64,000 bases of DNA from Polyangiaceae bacterium (GCA_044376115.1 JBILLK010000001.1:160001-224000), one strand, 5' to 3'. Counted from the stretch's first letter, positions 47,343 through 58,401 are shown. Numbers and translations: made by a program. Notes: generated by a model from the sequence alone, not told the origin.

Positions 47343-48635
47343 TCAGCCCGTGGAGATCAGCCGCAAGCGCAGCGCGGCGAGGGCATCAGCGAGCCGGGAA
47401 GCCGCTAGATCGAGCTCCTCGATGGTTGCGATCAGCGGCGGTGTGAAGCGCAGGACCTGACCGCCCGCCATGGTGAGGAGCAACCCGTGTTCACGACAGA
47501 GCGCGAGAGCCTCACGAGCATCGACGCCCTTCTTGAGGATGAGGCCGCGCATCAAACCTAGCCCACGCTCGCCATCACAAAGCTCGGGAAAGCGTGCTGC
47601 GACTTCCTGGAGTTTGGCGGAGAAATGCGCTCCTTTTTCGCGAACCTGGGAGAGCACACCGTCTTTCGTCAGCACCTCGAGAACGACGCGCGCAGCACGG
47701 CTCGCAAGTGCGTTACCGCCAAAGGTGGATCCGTGGGTGCCGGGCGTGAGCACATTCGCGAGCTCTTCACGTACCAGCATTGCGCCGATCGGGAAGCCAC
47801 CGCCAAGGCCCTTGGCCAACGTGACAACGTCCGCACGTACACCGCTATGCTCCAACGCCAGCACGGTCCCGGTGCGGCCAATTCCGGTCTGCACTTCATC
47901 AACGAGCAGCAGCGCCTGCTGCTTATCGCAAAGCTCGCGCAGCCCTTGGAGGAATCCGGCTGGGGCCGGGAGAACGCCGCCCTCGCCTTGAACCGGCTCG
48001 ACGAAGATGCCGCACACATCGTCCGCTAGAACACGCTTGACCGCCTCGAGATCCCCATAGGGCACGTGGGTGACGCCGGGAAACTCGCCGAAGCCCTCGC
48101 GGTAGGAGGCCGTGCCGGTGAGATTCACGGTGGCGAAGGTGCGGCCATGGAAGGAGTTCTCGAAGGCGATGAAGCGCAATTTCTCCTTCTTGCCAAGGTT
48201 GTGTTGATAGCGGCGCGCGAGCTTGAGCATCGCCTCATTGGCCTCACCGCCCGAATTGCAGAAGAACGCCCGTGAAAATCCCGTAGCCGCGGTCAGCTCC
48301 TCGGCCAGCATGAGGTTCTGCTGGTTGAAGAAGTAGTTGGAGACGTGCATGAGCGTGCCGGCTTGTTCGCTGATGGCCGATACAAGTTTTGGATGGCTGT
48401 GTCCGAGCGCATTGACCGCCACACCCGCAGCAAAGTCCAAGTAACGCTTGTGCTCGCTGTCCTCGACGAAGCAACCGCTTCCCTTGACCAACACCATGGG
48501 CGCCTGCCGGTAGTTGCCGAGCAGATGCTTGCTTCCCAACGCCAATAGCTCTGCCGTCGAGAGCTCCGGGTTTACCTCCAGGCTAGAGGCGGGATCAAGC
48601 TCGGCTGAGAATTCATCTCGAGTTAGGCCACTCAT
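47343..48635 (-). CDS. argD: Acetylornithine aminotransferase (class III PLP)
   Basis: YLDFAAGVAVNALGH, NSGGEANEA, SFHGRT, EPVQGEGG, DEVQTG.GRTG, LAKGLGGG, HGSTFGGN. Confidence 0.94.
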   Translation of the reverse strand: MSGLTRDEFSAELDPASSLEVNPELSTAELLALGSKHLLGNYRQAPMVLVKGSGCFVEDSEHKRYLDFAAGVAVNALGHSHPKLVSAISEQAGTLMHVSNYFFNQQNLMLAEELTAATGFSRAFFCNSGGEANEAMLKLARRYQHNLGKKEKLRFIAFENSFHGRTFATVNLTGTASYREGFGEFPGVTHVPYGDLEAVKRVLADDVCGIFVEPVQGEGGVLPAPAGFLQGLRELCDKQQALLLVDEVQTGIGRTGTVLALEHSGVRADVVTLAKGLGGGFPIGAMLVREELANVLTPGTHGSTFGGNALASRAARVVLEVLTKDGVLSQVREKGAHFSAKLQEVAARFPELCDGERGLGLMRGLILKKGVDAREALALCREHGLLLTMAGGQVLRFTPPLIATIEELDLAASRLADALAALRLRLISTG

Positions 48636-48791
48636 GGCCTTTACCTACGTCCATGGTGCCGCGCCGTAAATGACTCAGAGGAAACATAGGGGCGGAAACT
48701 GAAGAGCTCCGGTCGCTTCTGCCCCTCAGAAAAACGTGGGTCCTCGCCAAGTCACCGACGTGAACTGACTCTGGAAGCCCAACACGCGTGG

Positions 48792-48819
48792 TTGAAAGAA
48801 GCGGCGGCCAGGATATATT
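48792..48819 (+). promoter_or_regulatory. Sigma70-like promoter for grpE (TTGAAA-N16-TATATT)
   Basis: The hexamers end 9 nt before the grpE ATG; no SD sequence in between. Confidence 0.55.
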
Positions 48820-48828
48820 CGCGGCGCA

Positions 48829-49470
48829 ATGACCGACCCGGCAAACACAAAGGATGCAACGAGTGAGGCTGCGGGCCCCGCATCCTCGAAGGCTACCGAC
48901 ACGGTGACGTTCGCTGAGGAGGAGGTTCGTGCGGAAGAGCCGGCCCCTCAAGAGCCCAAAGAGCCGGATCCGCTGGAGGTAGCGAAGGCTGAGGCCAGCA
49001 AGTTCCGCGACCAACTGCTGCGTACAGCCGCTGACTTTGACAACTTTCGCAAGCGCAGCAGGCGAGACGTTGAAGACGCGACACGCAAGGGCCTCGAGAA
49101 AGCACTGAAAGAGCTACTCCCAGTGTTTGACAATCTGGAGCGCGCCACCCTCAGTGCGGAGGCTGCACCCGACGTCAAGAGTGTCGCGGACGGCTTGCGT
49201 ATGGTTGGCAAGCAGTTCACCTCAGCGCTTGAGAAGCTGAACGTGAAGCGGATCGAAGCTGTGGGGCGCCCGTTCGATCCCACGCAGCACGAGGCCATTC
49301 AACAGGTGGAATCAGCAGAACACGCGGCTGGGGTGGTCACTAACGAAGTCCAAGCTGGCTATTTGGTGGCTGATGTCCTGCTGCGAGCGGCGATGGTGGT
49401 GGTCTCCAAAGGTCCGCCGGCAGCCGCTGAAGCCGCCGAGCCAGAAACCCCGAGCGAGCCGGCAAACTAG
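48829..49470 (+). CDS. grpE: Nucleotide exchange factor GrpE
   Basis: [34 protein letters not shown]...LLRAAMVVV. Confidence 0.97.
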   Translation: MTDPANTKDATSEAAGPASSKATDTVTFAEEEVRAEEPAPQEPKEPDPLEVAKAEASKFRDQLLRTAADFDNFRKRSRRDVEDATRKGLEKALKELLPVFDNLERATLSAEAAPDVKSVADGLRMVGKQFTSALEKLNVKRIEAVGRPFDPTQHEAIQQVESAEHAAGVVTNEVQAGYLVADVLLRAAMVVVSKGPPAAAEAAEPETPSEPAN

Positions 49471-49498
49471 CCGAGTTTCGTTTGGTTCTTCGGGAACG

Positions 49499-49527
49499 TT
49501 GGGCAACTTTGTCGGTTTGAGTATGCT
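49499..49527 (+). promoter_or_regulatory. Sigma70-like promoter for dnaK (TTGGGC-N17-TATGCT)
   Basis: The -10 ends 8 nt before the dnaK ATG; no SD sequence. Confidence 0.45.
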
Positions 49528-49535
49528 GGCTACGT

Positions 49536-51371
49536 ATGGGTAAAGTTATCGGCATCGATCTTGGCACGACGAACTCTTGCGTCGCTATTGTCGAGGGAGC
49601 CACAGCTTCGAGCCTCCACGACGTCAAGGTCGTTCCCAACGCCGAGGGAGCGCGCACAACGCCTTCCGTAATCGGCTTTCCCGCAACCGGGGAGCGCCTC
49701 GTTGGTCAGGTTGCCCGGCGACAAGCCGTAACCAACCCCGAACAGACCGTCTACGAGGTGAAGCGCCTCATGGGACGTCGCTTCGGTGATGATGAGGCGG
49801 TCAAGGCACGCGAGTTCGTACCTTACCGCATTGTCGAGGCCCCCAATGGTGACGCTTGGGTGAACGTTCGAGGGCGGGCGATGTCACCGCCCGAAGTGTC
49901 GGCGATGGTGCTCACGGCGATGAAGGAGATCGCCGAGACCTACCTCGGAGAACCCGTCACCGAGGCCGTGATCACGGTCCCCGCTTACTTCGACGACGCC
50001 CAACGCCAGGCCACGAAAGATGCTGGTCGCATCGCCGGTCTCGACGTCAAGCGCATCATCAACGAGCCGACGGCAGCCGCGCTCGCGTACGGTCTCGACA
50101 AGAAGGACGCTGAGGTCATCGCCGTCTACGATCTCGGCGGCGGCACGTTCGATATCACGGTCTTGCAGCTCGCCGGTGGCGTGTTCAGCGTCAAGGCGAC
50201 GGGTGGTGATACCCACCTCGGCGGGGTCGACTTCGACCAAAGGATCATCAACCTCCTAGCGGACGAGTTCGCGTTGGAGAGCGGCGTTGATTTGCGCAAA
50301 GACCGCATGGCTTTGCAGCGATTGAAGGAAGCCGCCGAGAAGGCGAAGCACGAGCTCTCCTCCTCTCTCGAGACCGCCATCAACGTTCCCTTCATCGCCG
50401 TTTCATCCTCGGGCCCGCTTCACCTCGAACGGACCATGAAGCGAAACGAGCTCGAGATGCTGTGCGGCGAGCTCGTTGAGCGAACGATCGACGCCTGCAA
50501 GCGCACGCTGCTCGACGCCAAGCTGAGCGTGGAGCACGTGAACACCATCGTGCTCGTTGGCGGTATGACGCGCATGCCTGCGATTGCCGCGGCTGTGAAA
50601 GGCTTCTTCGGAAAGGATCCATCCAAGGAGGTCAACCCGGATGAGGTCGTAGCCGTTGGCGCCGCCTTGCAAGGAGCCGCGCTCGCTGGGCAGATCGATG
50701 AAGTGCTGCTGCTGGACGTCACACCGCTTTCGCTGGGCGTCGAGACGGGTGGCGGAGTTGCAACCAAGCTCATCCCGCGAAACACCACGGTGCCGACCGA
50801 ACGCAGCGAGGTCTTCACCACCAGCGTGGACAACCAGAGCTTCGTGCCGGTACACGTTATTCAAGGCGAGCGTGAAATGGCCGCCGACTGCCGAAGTCTG
50901 GCTCGCTTTGAACTAACCGGGATTCCGCCGGCACCTCGCGGCATACCGAAGATTCAGGTCGCCTTCCGCATCGATGAGAACGGCATTCTTCGCGTTGAAG
51001 CGCGCGACTTGGGGACCGGCCGTGCGCAGGAGATCCGCATCACGGCCGCCAGCGGCCTCGCCGGTGATGAAGTCGATCGCATCGTCCGCGAAGGCGAGAA
51101 GTTCAAAGAGACCGACTCGCTCCGACGGGAACTGGCACAGCTTCGGAACCAAGCCGAGACGCTCGTGTACACCACCGAGCAGGCCCTCACGGGCTACTCG
51201 GACTTGCTCGAGCCACAACTTTTGGCCGAGGTGCAGACCGACGCCCACCAATTGAAGATGCTGCTGGAGGGCGGCGGTGATCTCGCGGCTCTTCGCGAGG
51301 CCTACGCCAAGCTCGAGAGCGCTGCCTTCAAGATCGCTGAGGCGATGTACGGCTCACCAGAAGGTGGGTGA
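49536..51371 (+). CDS. dnaK: Hsp70 chaperone DnaK (short-tailed)
   Basis: [34 protein letters not shown], linker [13 protein letters not shown]. Ends at AMYGSPEGG. Confidence 0.97.
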   Translation: MGKVIGIDLGTTNSCVAIVEGATASSLHDVKVVPNAEGARTTPSVIGFPATGERLVGQVARRQAVTNPEQTVYEVKRLMGRRFGDDEAVKAREFVPYRIVEAPNGDAWVNVRGRAMSPPEVSAMVLTAMKEIAETYLGEPVTEAVITVPAYFDDAQRQATKDAGRIAGLDVKRIINEPTAAALAYGLDKKDAEVIAVYDLGGGTFDITVLQLAGGVFSVKATGGDTHLGGVDFDQRIINLLADEFALESGVDLRKDRMALQRLKEAAEKAKHELSSSLETAINVPFIAVSSSGPLHLERTMKRNELEMLCGELVERTIDACKRTLLDAKLSVEHVNTIVLVGGMTRMPAIAAAVKGFFGKDPSKEVNPDEVVAVGAALQGAALAGQIDEVLLLDVTPLSLGVETGGGVATKLIPRNTTVPTERSEVFTTSVDNQSFVPVHVIQGEREMAADCRSLARFELTGIPPAPRGIPKIQVAFRIDENGILRVEARDLGTGRAQEIRITAASGLAGDEVDRIVREGEKFKETDSLRRELAQLRNQAETLVYTTEQALTGYSDLLEPQLLAEVQTDAHQLKMLLEGGGDLAALREAYAKLESAAFKIAEAMYGSPEGG

Positions 51372-54300
51372 GCGCACTCGTGGTCGGGGCGGGGCAGCGA
51401 GTCGGGCGGTACTCCATCATCAAAGCCGTCGGGCGTGGCCCCAACTTCGAGACCTTTCAAGCGCGCGCGTTCGGTGTTGAAGGCTTCGAGCGCGACGTCG
51501 CGCTCAAGATCGCGCTCGACCCCGCGTTGGTTGAATCAGCGGAGTTCCGCGAGGCCCTAGCGCGCGCCCTGGAGCTTTCTCACGCCGGCGTACTTCAGCT
51601 CGTCGACAGTGACACCGAGAGTTTTGACGGAACCACGCGCCTCTATTTCGTGACGGAGCTCGCGCGCGGAGAGTCGTTGGCCCAGCGCCTGCCAGACTGG
51701 CGCGGTACCACGGAGGGGCGCAGCCGAATTCTGCGGGCAACGTCGGAAGTAGCACGAGTGCTCGACTACGCCCATCGACGACGCAAAGGGCCGGTTGCTC
51801 ATGGCCAACTCCACGCTGGGCAGATCTTCGTTGGTGCCCGAGGTGAAGTGAAGGTCGCCGACTTCGCTGTAGCTCGTGCGGTGCAGGCCCAAGGAGCAGC
51901 CGCTCCGGCTGACGACCTCGCGAGCCTTGCCGCGCTTCTCGAGACTGCATTTGAAGGCGCTTCGAGCCCGCCGCTGGAGCAGCTCATCGAAGCGATGCGT
52001 AGCGGCGCGATGACAGCCCAAGGGGTCTCAGAGACGCTGCTGGAGCTGGCCGTTCTGCACCCAGAGCCCGTCGCGCCCGTGACAGTTCCGATCGACTTGG
52101 CCCTGCTTTCACCCGCTCCACCGGACGCAAGTGAACTCGCGCAGGAGGCGTTGGGTGAGGCCGCCGCGGCTGCCGCTCCCTCCAACTCGGAAGTACGGCG
52201 GCGGGTGTCACCTGCGGGCCGCTTCGTAGGGCGTAGCGAAGAGCTAGCGGCGCTCGGTGCGTTCGTGGCGCAGGTGCATCACGCCGGAGCCCGCTGGTTG
52301 CGGCTCCGCGGGCCCGACGGGATCGGGAAGACGCGGTTGCTGCGGGAGCTCGCACGCCGCCTGCCGCAAGATAAGGTTGGGGTCGTTTTTCCGCCGCTCA
52401 CCGAAGAGCTCGGGCCGCCTTTGAGCCTGCAAGCCATCGATGCTTCATTGCGCTGCCTTCTCGATCTTCCGAAGGTTGGCAGCTTCGATGTAGATGGCCT
52501 GACGAGCTCGCTGCGGGCGATGGGACTTACCCTCGAGGAGATCGGCTGTCTCTGCGCTTTGATGGGCGCGTCGTTCAGCTGTGATGAGCCCGCCCCCAGT
52601 GGCGCAGAAGCGCTACTTTCGCTTGTAGCTGCCCTGCGTGGCGGGCGCCCCATCGTGATCGCCTTCGAGAATGGCGCTCGAATGGACCAAGCGAGTCGCA
52701 ATCTGCTGCTCGACGCACTCGCGTCGGAGCGGGCGCGCACAGTGCCCTTGGCGCTGTTTTCGATTGAACGAGGCGCTTTGGTCGGAGGCGACCATTGCGA
52801 GGACTTCCTGCTCGAGGAGCTATCGGATGATGATCTCGCACAGCTGATCAGCACGCGCTTGGGTGCTCGCGTAATCGAGCCCGAGCTGTTTGAGGCGGTC
52901 TCGGAAAGCGTTGGTGGGCACCCGCTCTACGCCGAGGAGTATCTGAGGTTTCTCTGCGAAGAGGCGTTGGTCGATGTGAAGGGAGGCGTCGCTTCGTTGG
53001 TGCAAGGCGCGCCGCCACCGACCCGAACGGTCGTTGACTTGGTGACCGCCGCCCACAACCAACTGCCGACGGAGCTTCGAGAAGTGGTCAAGATCCTCGA
53101 GGCGCGAGTGGGCATCGCGGACCCAGCGACGGTCGCCGCCGCGCTTTGCATCGAGGAGGCAGATGCGGAGTTGCGTCTGCGGGAACTGGGGCGAGGTGGC
53201 TTCCTTCGCTTTGACGTTGGGCAGCGAGCGCATTTGGCCTTGATCCATCGGGGTATTGGTGAGTCGGCACCATTGGAGATCCATGGTCGGCTTGCAGCTC
53301 ACTTTGCTCGGGTTGGCGCCTTTGCCGACGCAGCTCAGCATCACGCTGCATCGGGTGACCACGTCGCCGCCGCTGAGGCCTGGGACGCGGCTGCACAGGG
53401 CCTTTGGGCCCAAGGCTTGGTCGAGGCCGGAACCGATGCGCTGAGCCGGGCTCTGCTTCATCCGCGCACGGCAGAGCAAGCCGTTCGTCGTCTTACACAA
53501 CTTGTTGAGTGGCTACCTCGGGTGGCTGGACTCCCCGAGACCGCCGAGGAAGGCATCGCTTGCGCGCTAGCGATGATTGACGACCAAGACAGGGCGAGAG
53601 GCCTGCGACTCGCGTTAGTCGGGCCGCTCCTGGAGCTTGGCGCGTACGAAGCTGCGTTGGTGCTCAACGATCAGGCGGCTTCGGATTCAGCCGAGGGCAT
53701 CTCCACCGCGGTGGCGCGCAACCGTGTGGCGATCGCGGTGCTCGCAGGCAACCCCCGACTGGCCCCGGACGTGCCGGCGGAGTTCGAGCAGAACTCACCA
53801 AAGCATTCCCTCGATGTCGCCGAGTGGGCCTTGTTACGCGGCGAGCTTGCGCTGTGCGCCACGGCCCTCGAGCCCCTCGGAGCGTCTTTTGAACCCGCCG
53901 TCAGTGGAGCTTCGAGCGTGCTGCGGGCGCGCTATCTGCGCGTCTTGCTCAACCTCGCCTATTGCTCTGAGTCGCTTGCACCCAACGACCCGCGACTCGA
54001 CGAGTTGATGGCGGTTACTCAATCGATCCGGCCACATCGCGAGGCCGCGGAGAGCTTTCTGTTCGTGGGAAGAGTTCTCAAGAATGCCGCCGTAGTCGCC
54101 AAAGATCGCGCGCGCGCCAACTCAATCTTCAACCAGGCGAGCCGATTCGCCGACGAGGCCCACAACCATCGCTGTCGCGTCTTGGCCTTGGCTGAATCGG
54201 CGCTCTTGACCAAGCGGGAAGCTGCGGTCTCAGCCACCTTGACGCTCGCTAGCCAGCACCAAGCAGGCGGGGACGCGTTTCTCTCGTTGCGGCTCCGCCT

Positions 54301-54427
54301 TGCGGTGGTGGAGCTCACGGAAGAGCCGAGCGCCTTACGCAGATTCATCCTTGATGCACGAAGCAACGACCTAGCTGGACTTGCGACTCGGCTTGAGGCG
54401 CACGTTCATCCCAATCGCGGAGATTGA
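51368..54427 (+). CDS. Pseudokinase - P-loop NTPase (AAA_16/STAND-like) - helical repeat fusion protein
   Basis: Kinase-like N-terminus ([23 protein letters not shown]), FVGRSEEL...[16 protein letters not shown], helical C-terminus. GTGA overlap with dnaK. Confidence 0.8.
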   Translation: MSALVVGAGQRVGRYSIIKAVGRGPNFETFQARAFGVEGFERDVALKIALDPALVESAEFREALARALELSHAGVLQLVDSDTESFDGTTRLYFVTELARGESLAQRLPDWRGTTEGRSRILRATSEVARVLDYAHRRRKGPVAHGQLHAGQIFVGARGEVKVADFAVARAVQAQGAAAPADDLASLAALLETAFEGASSPPLEQLIEAMRSGAMTAQGVSETLLELAVLHPEPVAPVTVPIDLALLSPAPPDASELAQEALGEAAAAAAPSNSEVRRRVSPAGRFVGRSEELAALGAFVAQVHHAGARWLRLRGPDGIGKTRLLRELARRLPQDKVGVVFPPLTEELGPPLSLQAIDASLRCLLDLPKVGSFDVDGLTSSLRAMGLTLEEIGCLCALMGASFSCDEPAPSGAEALLSLVAALRGGRPIVIAFENGARMDQASRNLLLDALASERARTVPLALFSIERGALVGGDHCEDFLLEELSDDDLAQLISTRLGARVIEPELFEAVSESVGGHPLYAEEYLRFLCEEALVDVKGGVASLVQGAPPPTRTVVDLVTAAHNQLPTELREVVKILEARVGIADPATVAAALCIEEADAELRLRELGRGGFLRFDVGQRAHLALIHRGIGESAPLEIHGRLAAHFARVGAFADAAQHHAASGDHVAAAEAWDAAAQGLWAQGLVEAGTDALSRALLHPRTAEQAVRRLTQLVEWLPRVAGLPETAEEGIACALAMIDDQDRARGLRLALVGPLLELGAYEAALVLNDQAASDSAEGISTAVARNRVAIAVLAGNPRLAPDVPAEFEQNSPKHSLDVAEWALLRGELALCATALEPLGASFEPAVSGASSVLRARYLRVLLNLAYCSESLAPNDPRLDELMAVTQSIRPHREAAESFLFVGRVLKNAAVVAKDRARANSIFNQASRFADEAHNHRCRVLALAESALLTKREAAVSATLTLASQHQAGGDAFLSLRLRLAVVELTEEPSALRRFILDARSNDLAGLATRLEAHVHPNRGD

Positions 54428-54428
54428 A

Positions 54429-54764
54429 GTGGACGCTGAGGAGGCTCTTTGGCAGCGCGTTCAGGAGCAGTGGGACGATGAGAAGCGGCATCAGGCTTTT
54501 CTCGCGTTCTGTCAGAACGCGCAGACGCTTGGGCTCGCCGCCAAACGCTATCGGGAGGTGACGAAGGACGAGGAGCAACCCGAAGGCAAGCGGGAGCTCG
54601 CCGAGAAGAAGCTGCAGGCGATCACCGCTCTTGCCCTCGCGCAAATAGCCGCTGCAGAGCGAACCAACGACAACAGCGCCGACGTCAAGCGGGGTATCCG
54701 TCTTGTCGCGGCGCTGTTGCTCGGAGCTGCGCTCCTGGCGATGGGATGGGCATTCACTCGCTGA
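54429..54764 (+). CDS. Small hypothetical tail-anchored membrane protein
   Basis: GGAG RBS before GTG 54429; LW..V...WDD...H..FL..C motif; C-terminal TM. Confidence 0.7.
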   Translation: MDAEEALWQRVQEQWDDEKRHQAFLAFCQNAQTLGLAAKRYREVTKDEEQPEGKRELAEKKLQAITALALAQIAAAERTNDNSADVKRGIRLVAALLLGAALLAMGWAFTR

Positions 54765-54786
54765 GAGCGGGCGCCCAACCGACTCT

Positions 54787-55176
54787 TTAACGCTTGGAGT
54801 ACTGGAAGCGCTTGCGGGCGCCAGGTTGACCGTACTTCTTGCGCTCCTTCTTGCGAGCGTCGCGGGTCAGGAACCCTGCGCGCTTCAAAGAAGGACGACG
54901 CTCGGGATCCGCAGCGATGAGCGCCCGCGAAATACCGTGTCGCATGGCCTCAGCCTGGGCTGAGTGACCGCCACCGGCGACCGTCGCTACCACGTCGTAC
55001 TGATCGAGTACTTCGATCAGCTCGAGCGGCTGGCGCATGATCATGCGGGAGGTCTCTCGCTCGAAGTACTCATCGGCGGGGCGATGGTTGACCTGAATGT
55101 TGCCGCTGCCTGGCTTCAGCCAAACGCGTGCTACTGCCGTCTTGCGCTTGCCCGTCGAGTAAATGGTTTCGCTCAT
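54787..55176 (-). CDS. rpsI: 30S ribosomal protein S9
   Basis: [28 protein letters not shown]...[10 protein letters not shown]. Confidence 0.99.
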   Translation of the reverse strand: MSETIYSTGKRKTAVARVWLKPGSGNIQVNHRPADEYFERETSRMIMRQPLELIEVLDQYDVVATVAGGGHSAQAEAMRHGISRALIAADPERRPSLKRAGFLTRDARKKERKKYGQPGARKRFQYSKR

Positions 55177-55194
55177 GATCGTCTGGCCCTTGGA

Positions 55195-55650
55195 CTACTT
55201 GAGAACTTCCGGTTTCTGTGCGGCGTGCGGGTGATCAGGGCCCGGGTAGACCTTGAGCTTCGTCAACAACTGACGACCCAGAACGTTCTTCGGCAACATG
55301 CCCTTGACTGCCTTGGTGATCGGCAGCTCGGGCATCCTGACGAGGAGCTTCTCGTACACCTCTTCGCGGAAGCCACCGGGCTCACCGCTGTGTCGCACGT
55401 ACTTCTTTTGTTGAAGCTTGCGCCCAGTGAGCTTCACGCTCTGAGCGTTGACCACCACCACGAAATCTCCCGTATCAACGTGAGGCGTGAAGGTGGGCTT
55501 GTTCTTTCCTCGCAGCACCATGGCGATCTGACTGGCGAGCCGACCGAGGGGTTGGTCTTTTGCGTCGACCACCCACCACTTGCGCTCAGCCTGAGCTTCT
55601 GCGGGTTTTGCGGAGAACGTCTTGGATTGCAGCGTTTGGGTGGCGTTCAT
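55195..55650 (-). CDS. rplM: 50S ribosomal protein L13
   Basis: [40 protein letters not shown]. Confidence 0.99.
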   Translation of the reverse strand: MNATQTLQSKTFSAKPAEAQAERKWWVVDAKDQPLGRLASQIAMVLRGKNKPTFTPHVDTGDFVVVVNAQSVKLTGRKLQQKKYVRHSGEPGGFREEVYEKLLVRMPELPITKAVKGMLPKNVLGRQLLTKLKVYPGPDHPHAAQKPEVLK

Positions 55651-55784
55651 GGTCGACTCAAAGGTTCGCGAGGCTAAAACTGAAGGTCCCGTTCACGCGC
55701 GGCCCGCGGGACCACGCAATGAGTGTTCAGGTGCGCTGGTTCGTCCCGGTTTGGGAACAATACCCGTCGCACAAAGGGGACGGA

Positions 55785-55813
55785 CGTTTACGACCATGCC
55801 CCGAGCGTGTCAA
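55785..55813 (-). promoter_or_regulatory. Sigma70 promoter of rplM-rpsI (TTGACA-N17-TAAACG)
   Basis: Consensus -35 with 17-bp spacing, about 130 nt upstream of rplM. Confidence 0.7.
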
Positions 55814-55835
55814 GAAGAAGTATCAAATGATCGAA

Positions 55836-57281
55836 TCAGCGCTCCCCGGAGGCTTTGGCGGACGGCGCTGAAGAAGCTGAAGGCGCTGGGGAAACCACGC
55901 CGCTGGGCGCTGGACTCGGCTCTTCTGGCATTGTTTGGCTCGGGGTGGGCTCAGCCACGGCCTGATCACCCTTGGTCTCCGCGAGCACGTAGGCGGCCTG
56001 ATCGCGACAAGTGCCCTTGGGATACGTGTGCTGATACTCGGCTGCGCGCGTAGCGAGATGGCGGCGCTCCACCGGGTTTGCGTCGACCGTGAAACTGCGA
56101 AGCTCCTGACAGTGCATCGTCTCTGCCAAGGCCGGCGCTTGACTACCGATCTGACGGTACTTGGTCGCAAGCTCTCGGTTTGTCGCCTGGTAGTTGTCTG
56201 CGAGCAGCGCGGCTGCTGCGCTTCCAAGAGGCTCTGTCGCGAACTCGTCGGCGGCACGATGAAGAGCACGCAGCCGAAGCTCGGGATTGCGCATCGCCAG
56301 ACCTGCAATCTCGGAGAGCGACATCAACTCGCTTGCGCTCTGCGCTGTGGCGATGGCCGTCTGCAGCCCCACGCCCGCCTCGAGAGCCTTGGCGGCCTCG
56401 TCGTAGCGCCCGTCGTTGGCGAGCGAGCGCCAATTGGGCAGGGGGGCAGCAGGCGCCTGAGGGACCTGCACTGCGACCTCGGGCTCACGCTCCTGGGCGG
56501 GCTCCTTAGGTGACCGCGCGGTTATCGGAGACGGCGTGACTGGCGGCGACTGAGGTTCACGCGTCGGTGAATGATCATTCGAGAAGACCCAAGCGTAGGT
56601 GGGCACGCTCGCCATCGACTGACCCTCGAGAATACGATGCCTCCCGGCAGGAGAACTCACCTCAACGGCTCCGGCTTGCACCGAAACGTCCACGTCCTCA
56701 GCGCGCCTGGTGAGCGAAACTCGTGAACCAGCCGCAGCGGTAACGCGGGCCTCACCAGCGAGCACGGCGAACGCCTGATTCGACGCGCCATCCACCGAGA
56801 CGCTGCCCCGAAGCAGACTCAACGTTACCGAGTCAGCGGAAGTCCGAACCACCTCAACCAGCGAATCCGGCTTGAGCGAAAGAGATGAGCCGCTCGGAAG
56901 GACGAAACTTCGTTCCGTTGTGCCAGTGGCGAAGACAGTTGCTGTCGAGTTGTCCTCGGGCGTGCTTACGGTGGCAAGCCGCGGCGAAAGCGAATCTCGT
57001 CCGACGAACACTCCAGCAGCGAACGCGGCGGCAGAAAGACAGGCCGCCAAAAGCCAAACGCGGCTTGGCTGTGCGTTGCGTGTACGAACGGCGACTCGGG
57101 CATCAGGAAGCTCCTGAGCAACCCGCGCCCAAATTCGCTCGACCCGTTCACCGTTAGCGGGATCCCGTAAATCCGCCTGCGAGAAGACCGGCACCTGACC
57201 TGGCGGCGAGGCGACGCGATTGCGCTGAACCTCCATCTTGAGGTTTGCGCCAATTTCGTCGGGTTCAATCGGGCGTGTCAT
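55836..57281 (-). CDS. FecR-domain anti-sigma factor with a C-terminal TPR-like region
   Basis: TM (WLLAACLSAAAFAAGVFV), FecR beta motifs (LPSGSSLSL..DS, L.RGSV, VSVQAGAVEV), Pro linker, helical repeats ending Y...YPKG. Confidence 0.82.
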   Translation of the reverse strand: MTRPIEPDEIGANLKMEVQRNRVASPPGQVPVFSQADLRDPANGERVERIWARVAQELPDARVAVRTRNAQPSRVWLLAACLSAAAFAAGVFVGRDSLSPRLATVSTPEDNSTATVFATGTTERSFVLPSGSSLSLKPDSLVEVVRTSADSVTLSLLRGSVSVDGASNQAFAVLAGEARVTAAAGSRVSLTRRAEDVDVSVQAGAVEVSSPAGRHRILEGQSMASVPTYAWVFSNDHSPTREPQSPPVTPSPITARSPKEPAQEREPEVAVQVPQAPAAPLPNWRSLANDGRYDEAAKALEAGVGLQTAIATAQSASELMSLSEIAGLAMRNPELRLRALHRAADEFATEPLGSAAAALLADNYQATNRELATKYRQIGSQAPALAETMHCQELRSFTVDANPVERRHLATRAAEYQHTYPKGTCRDQAAYVLAETKGDQAVAEPTPSQTMPEEPSPAPSGVVSPAPSASSAPSAKASGER

Positions 57282-58132
57282 TTCAACCTTACTCCGGCCT
57301 TGCCGCGCGGCGGCGAAGTCCGTTCGGGGAGCGCTGGTGCTCCTTCGACCTCAACGGATCCGTCGGCAGCTCCAACGGACAATTCATCCAATCCCTGGCG
57401 CGAATGAGCATCCACGAAGTGCTGCTCAAGGAACTTCTGCACGCGAGAGACGCGACGTTTCACCGTCGCCAAGGAGCAGGACGTCAACTTAGCGACCAGC
57501 TCGAGTTCATTGCCGTCCACACAGCGCAACGTCCACGCAATGCGGTCATCCGTGGGCAACGTGCCAAGCAGCGCGTAAATCTGTGCGAGTTGCGCACGCA
57601 CGTGCGGGGACGCATCGGGACTCGTGAGCTGATCGAGGTCAACGGGCTCACTGGTTCGGCCGAGCCCTAGAACATTCATCAGCCGAGCGCGCCGCATGCG
57701 GGAACGAACCGCAAACACGACGATCGACCCCAGCCAGGAGCGAAAAGCCGCTGGGTCGCTCAAGTCTGAAAGGCGGGTAAGCACCTTGATGAACGCGTCA
57801 TGGACGATGTCTTCGACATCACGATTGGAGCCCTCGATGCGAGTGGCCAGACGCAGCGCAAAGCTGACGTGCTTCCGGTACAGAGCCTCTCGCGCCAACG
57901 CGTCACCGGCCAACGCCAGGGCAACCAAGTTGCGGTCCGGCATTTCAACCAGGGCGGCGACACCAACTCGGGCGGGCGGCCCAGCAGGTGTACCAAGTGT
58001 ATCGCCGTTGGCCCAGTTGGGCTCAACCGCTGCGGTAGGCAGCGCAGCGCTCTCGTCTGCCACGCCATCTGGTTGGCTGGCGAAGCCTGATCGTTCGACC
58101 AGCCTCAAACGGGAACGTGCCGGGGTGTTCAT
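57278..58132 (-). CDS. ECF RNA polymerase sigma factor with N- and C-terminal extensions
   Basis: GD..A.EALYRKH, DVEDIVHDAF, AFRSWL, ATVKRRVSR. ATGA overlap with the anti-sigma gene. Confidence 0.92.
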   Translation of the reverse strand: MNTPARSRLRLVERSGFASQPDGVADESAALPTAAVEPNWANGDTLGTPAGPPARVGVAALVEMPDRNLVALALAGDALAREALYRKHVSFALRLATRIEGSNRDVEDIVHDAFIKVLTRLSDLSDPAAFRSWLGSIVVFAVRSRMRRARLMNVLGLGRTSEPVDLDQLTSPDASPHVRAQLAQIYALLGTLPTDDRIAWTLRCVDGNELELVAKLTSCSLATVKRRVSRVQKFLEQHFVDAHSRQGLDELSVGAADGSVEVEGAPALPERTSPPRGKAGVRLK

Positions 58133-58154
58133 TTTTTCGCGGGGACTGGAAGCT

Positions 58155-58182
58155 GAGACGCACGAGACGTCGGCGAAAGCTC
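58155..58182 (-). promoter_or_regulatory. Candidate ECF-type autoregulatory promoter (GAGCTT-N16-CGTCTC)
   Basis: Resembles GAAC/CGTC ECF elements; ends 22 nt upstream of the sigma ATG. Confidence 0.4.
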
Positions 58183-58401
58183 AGTGTTCACAAAATGACA
58201 AGCGCAGCTCGCTCGAGCGCGGATCGCTCGCATGAGACGGGCGGCGCGGGATAGGCACAGAGTTTGTTAATGCGACCAAGGTGCGTCAATATTGTGTCGG
58301 CGATGCAGGAAATTCGCACACTAGGCGACACCTCGAGGTGCTATTTCTTGAGGTTCCGTTGAACGTAGAGCGACGGGCGGCAACTTGCTTAGAGGATTCC
58401 C

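Noticed and set aside
41967..47446. Long alternative ORFs at 41967-43136, 43792-44943 and 46367-47446
   Set aside because: They fully overlap hrcA, the MFS gene and the ATPase-like gene and have Arg/Ala-rich off-frame composition.
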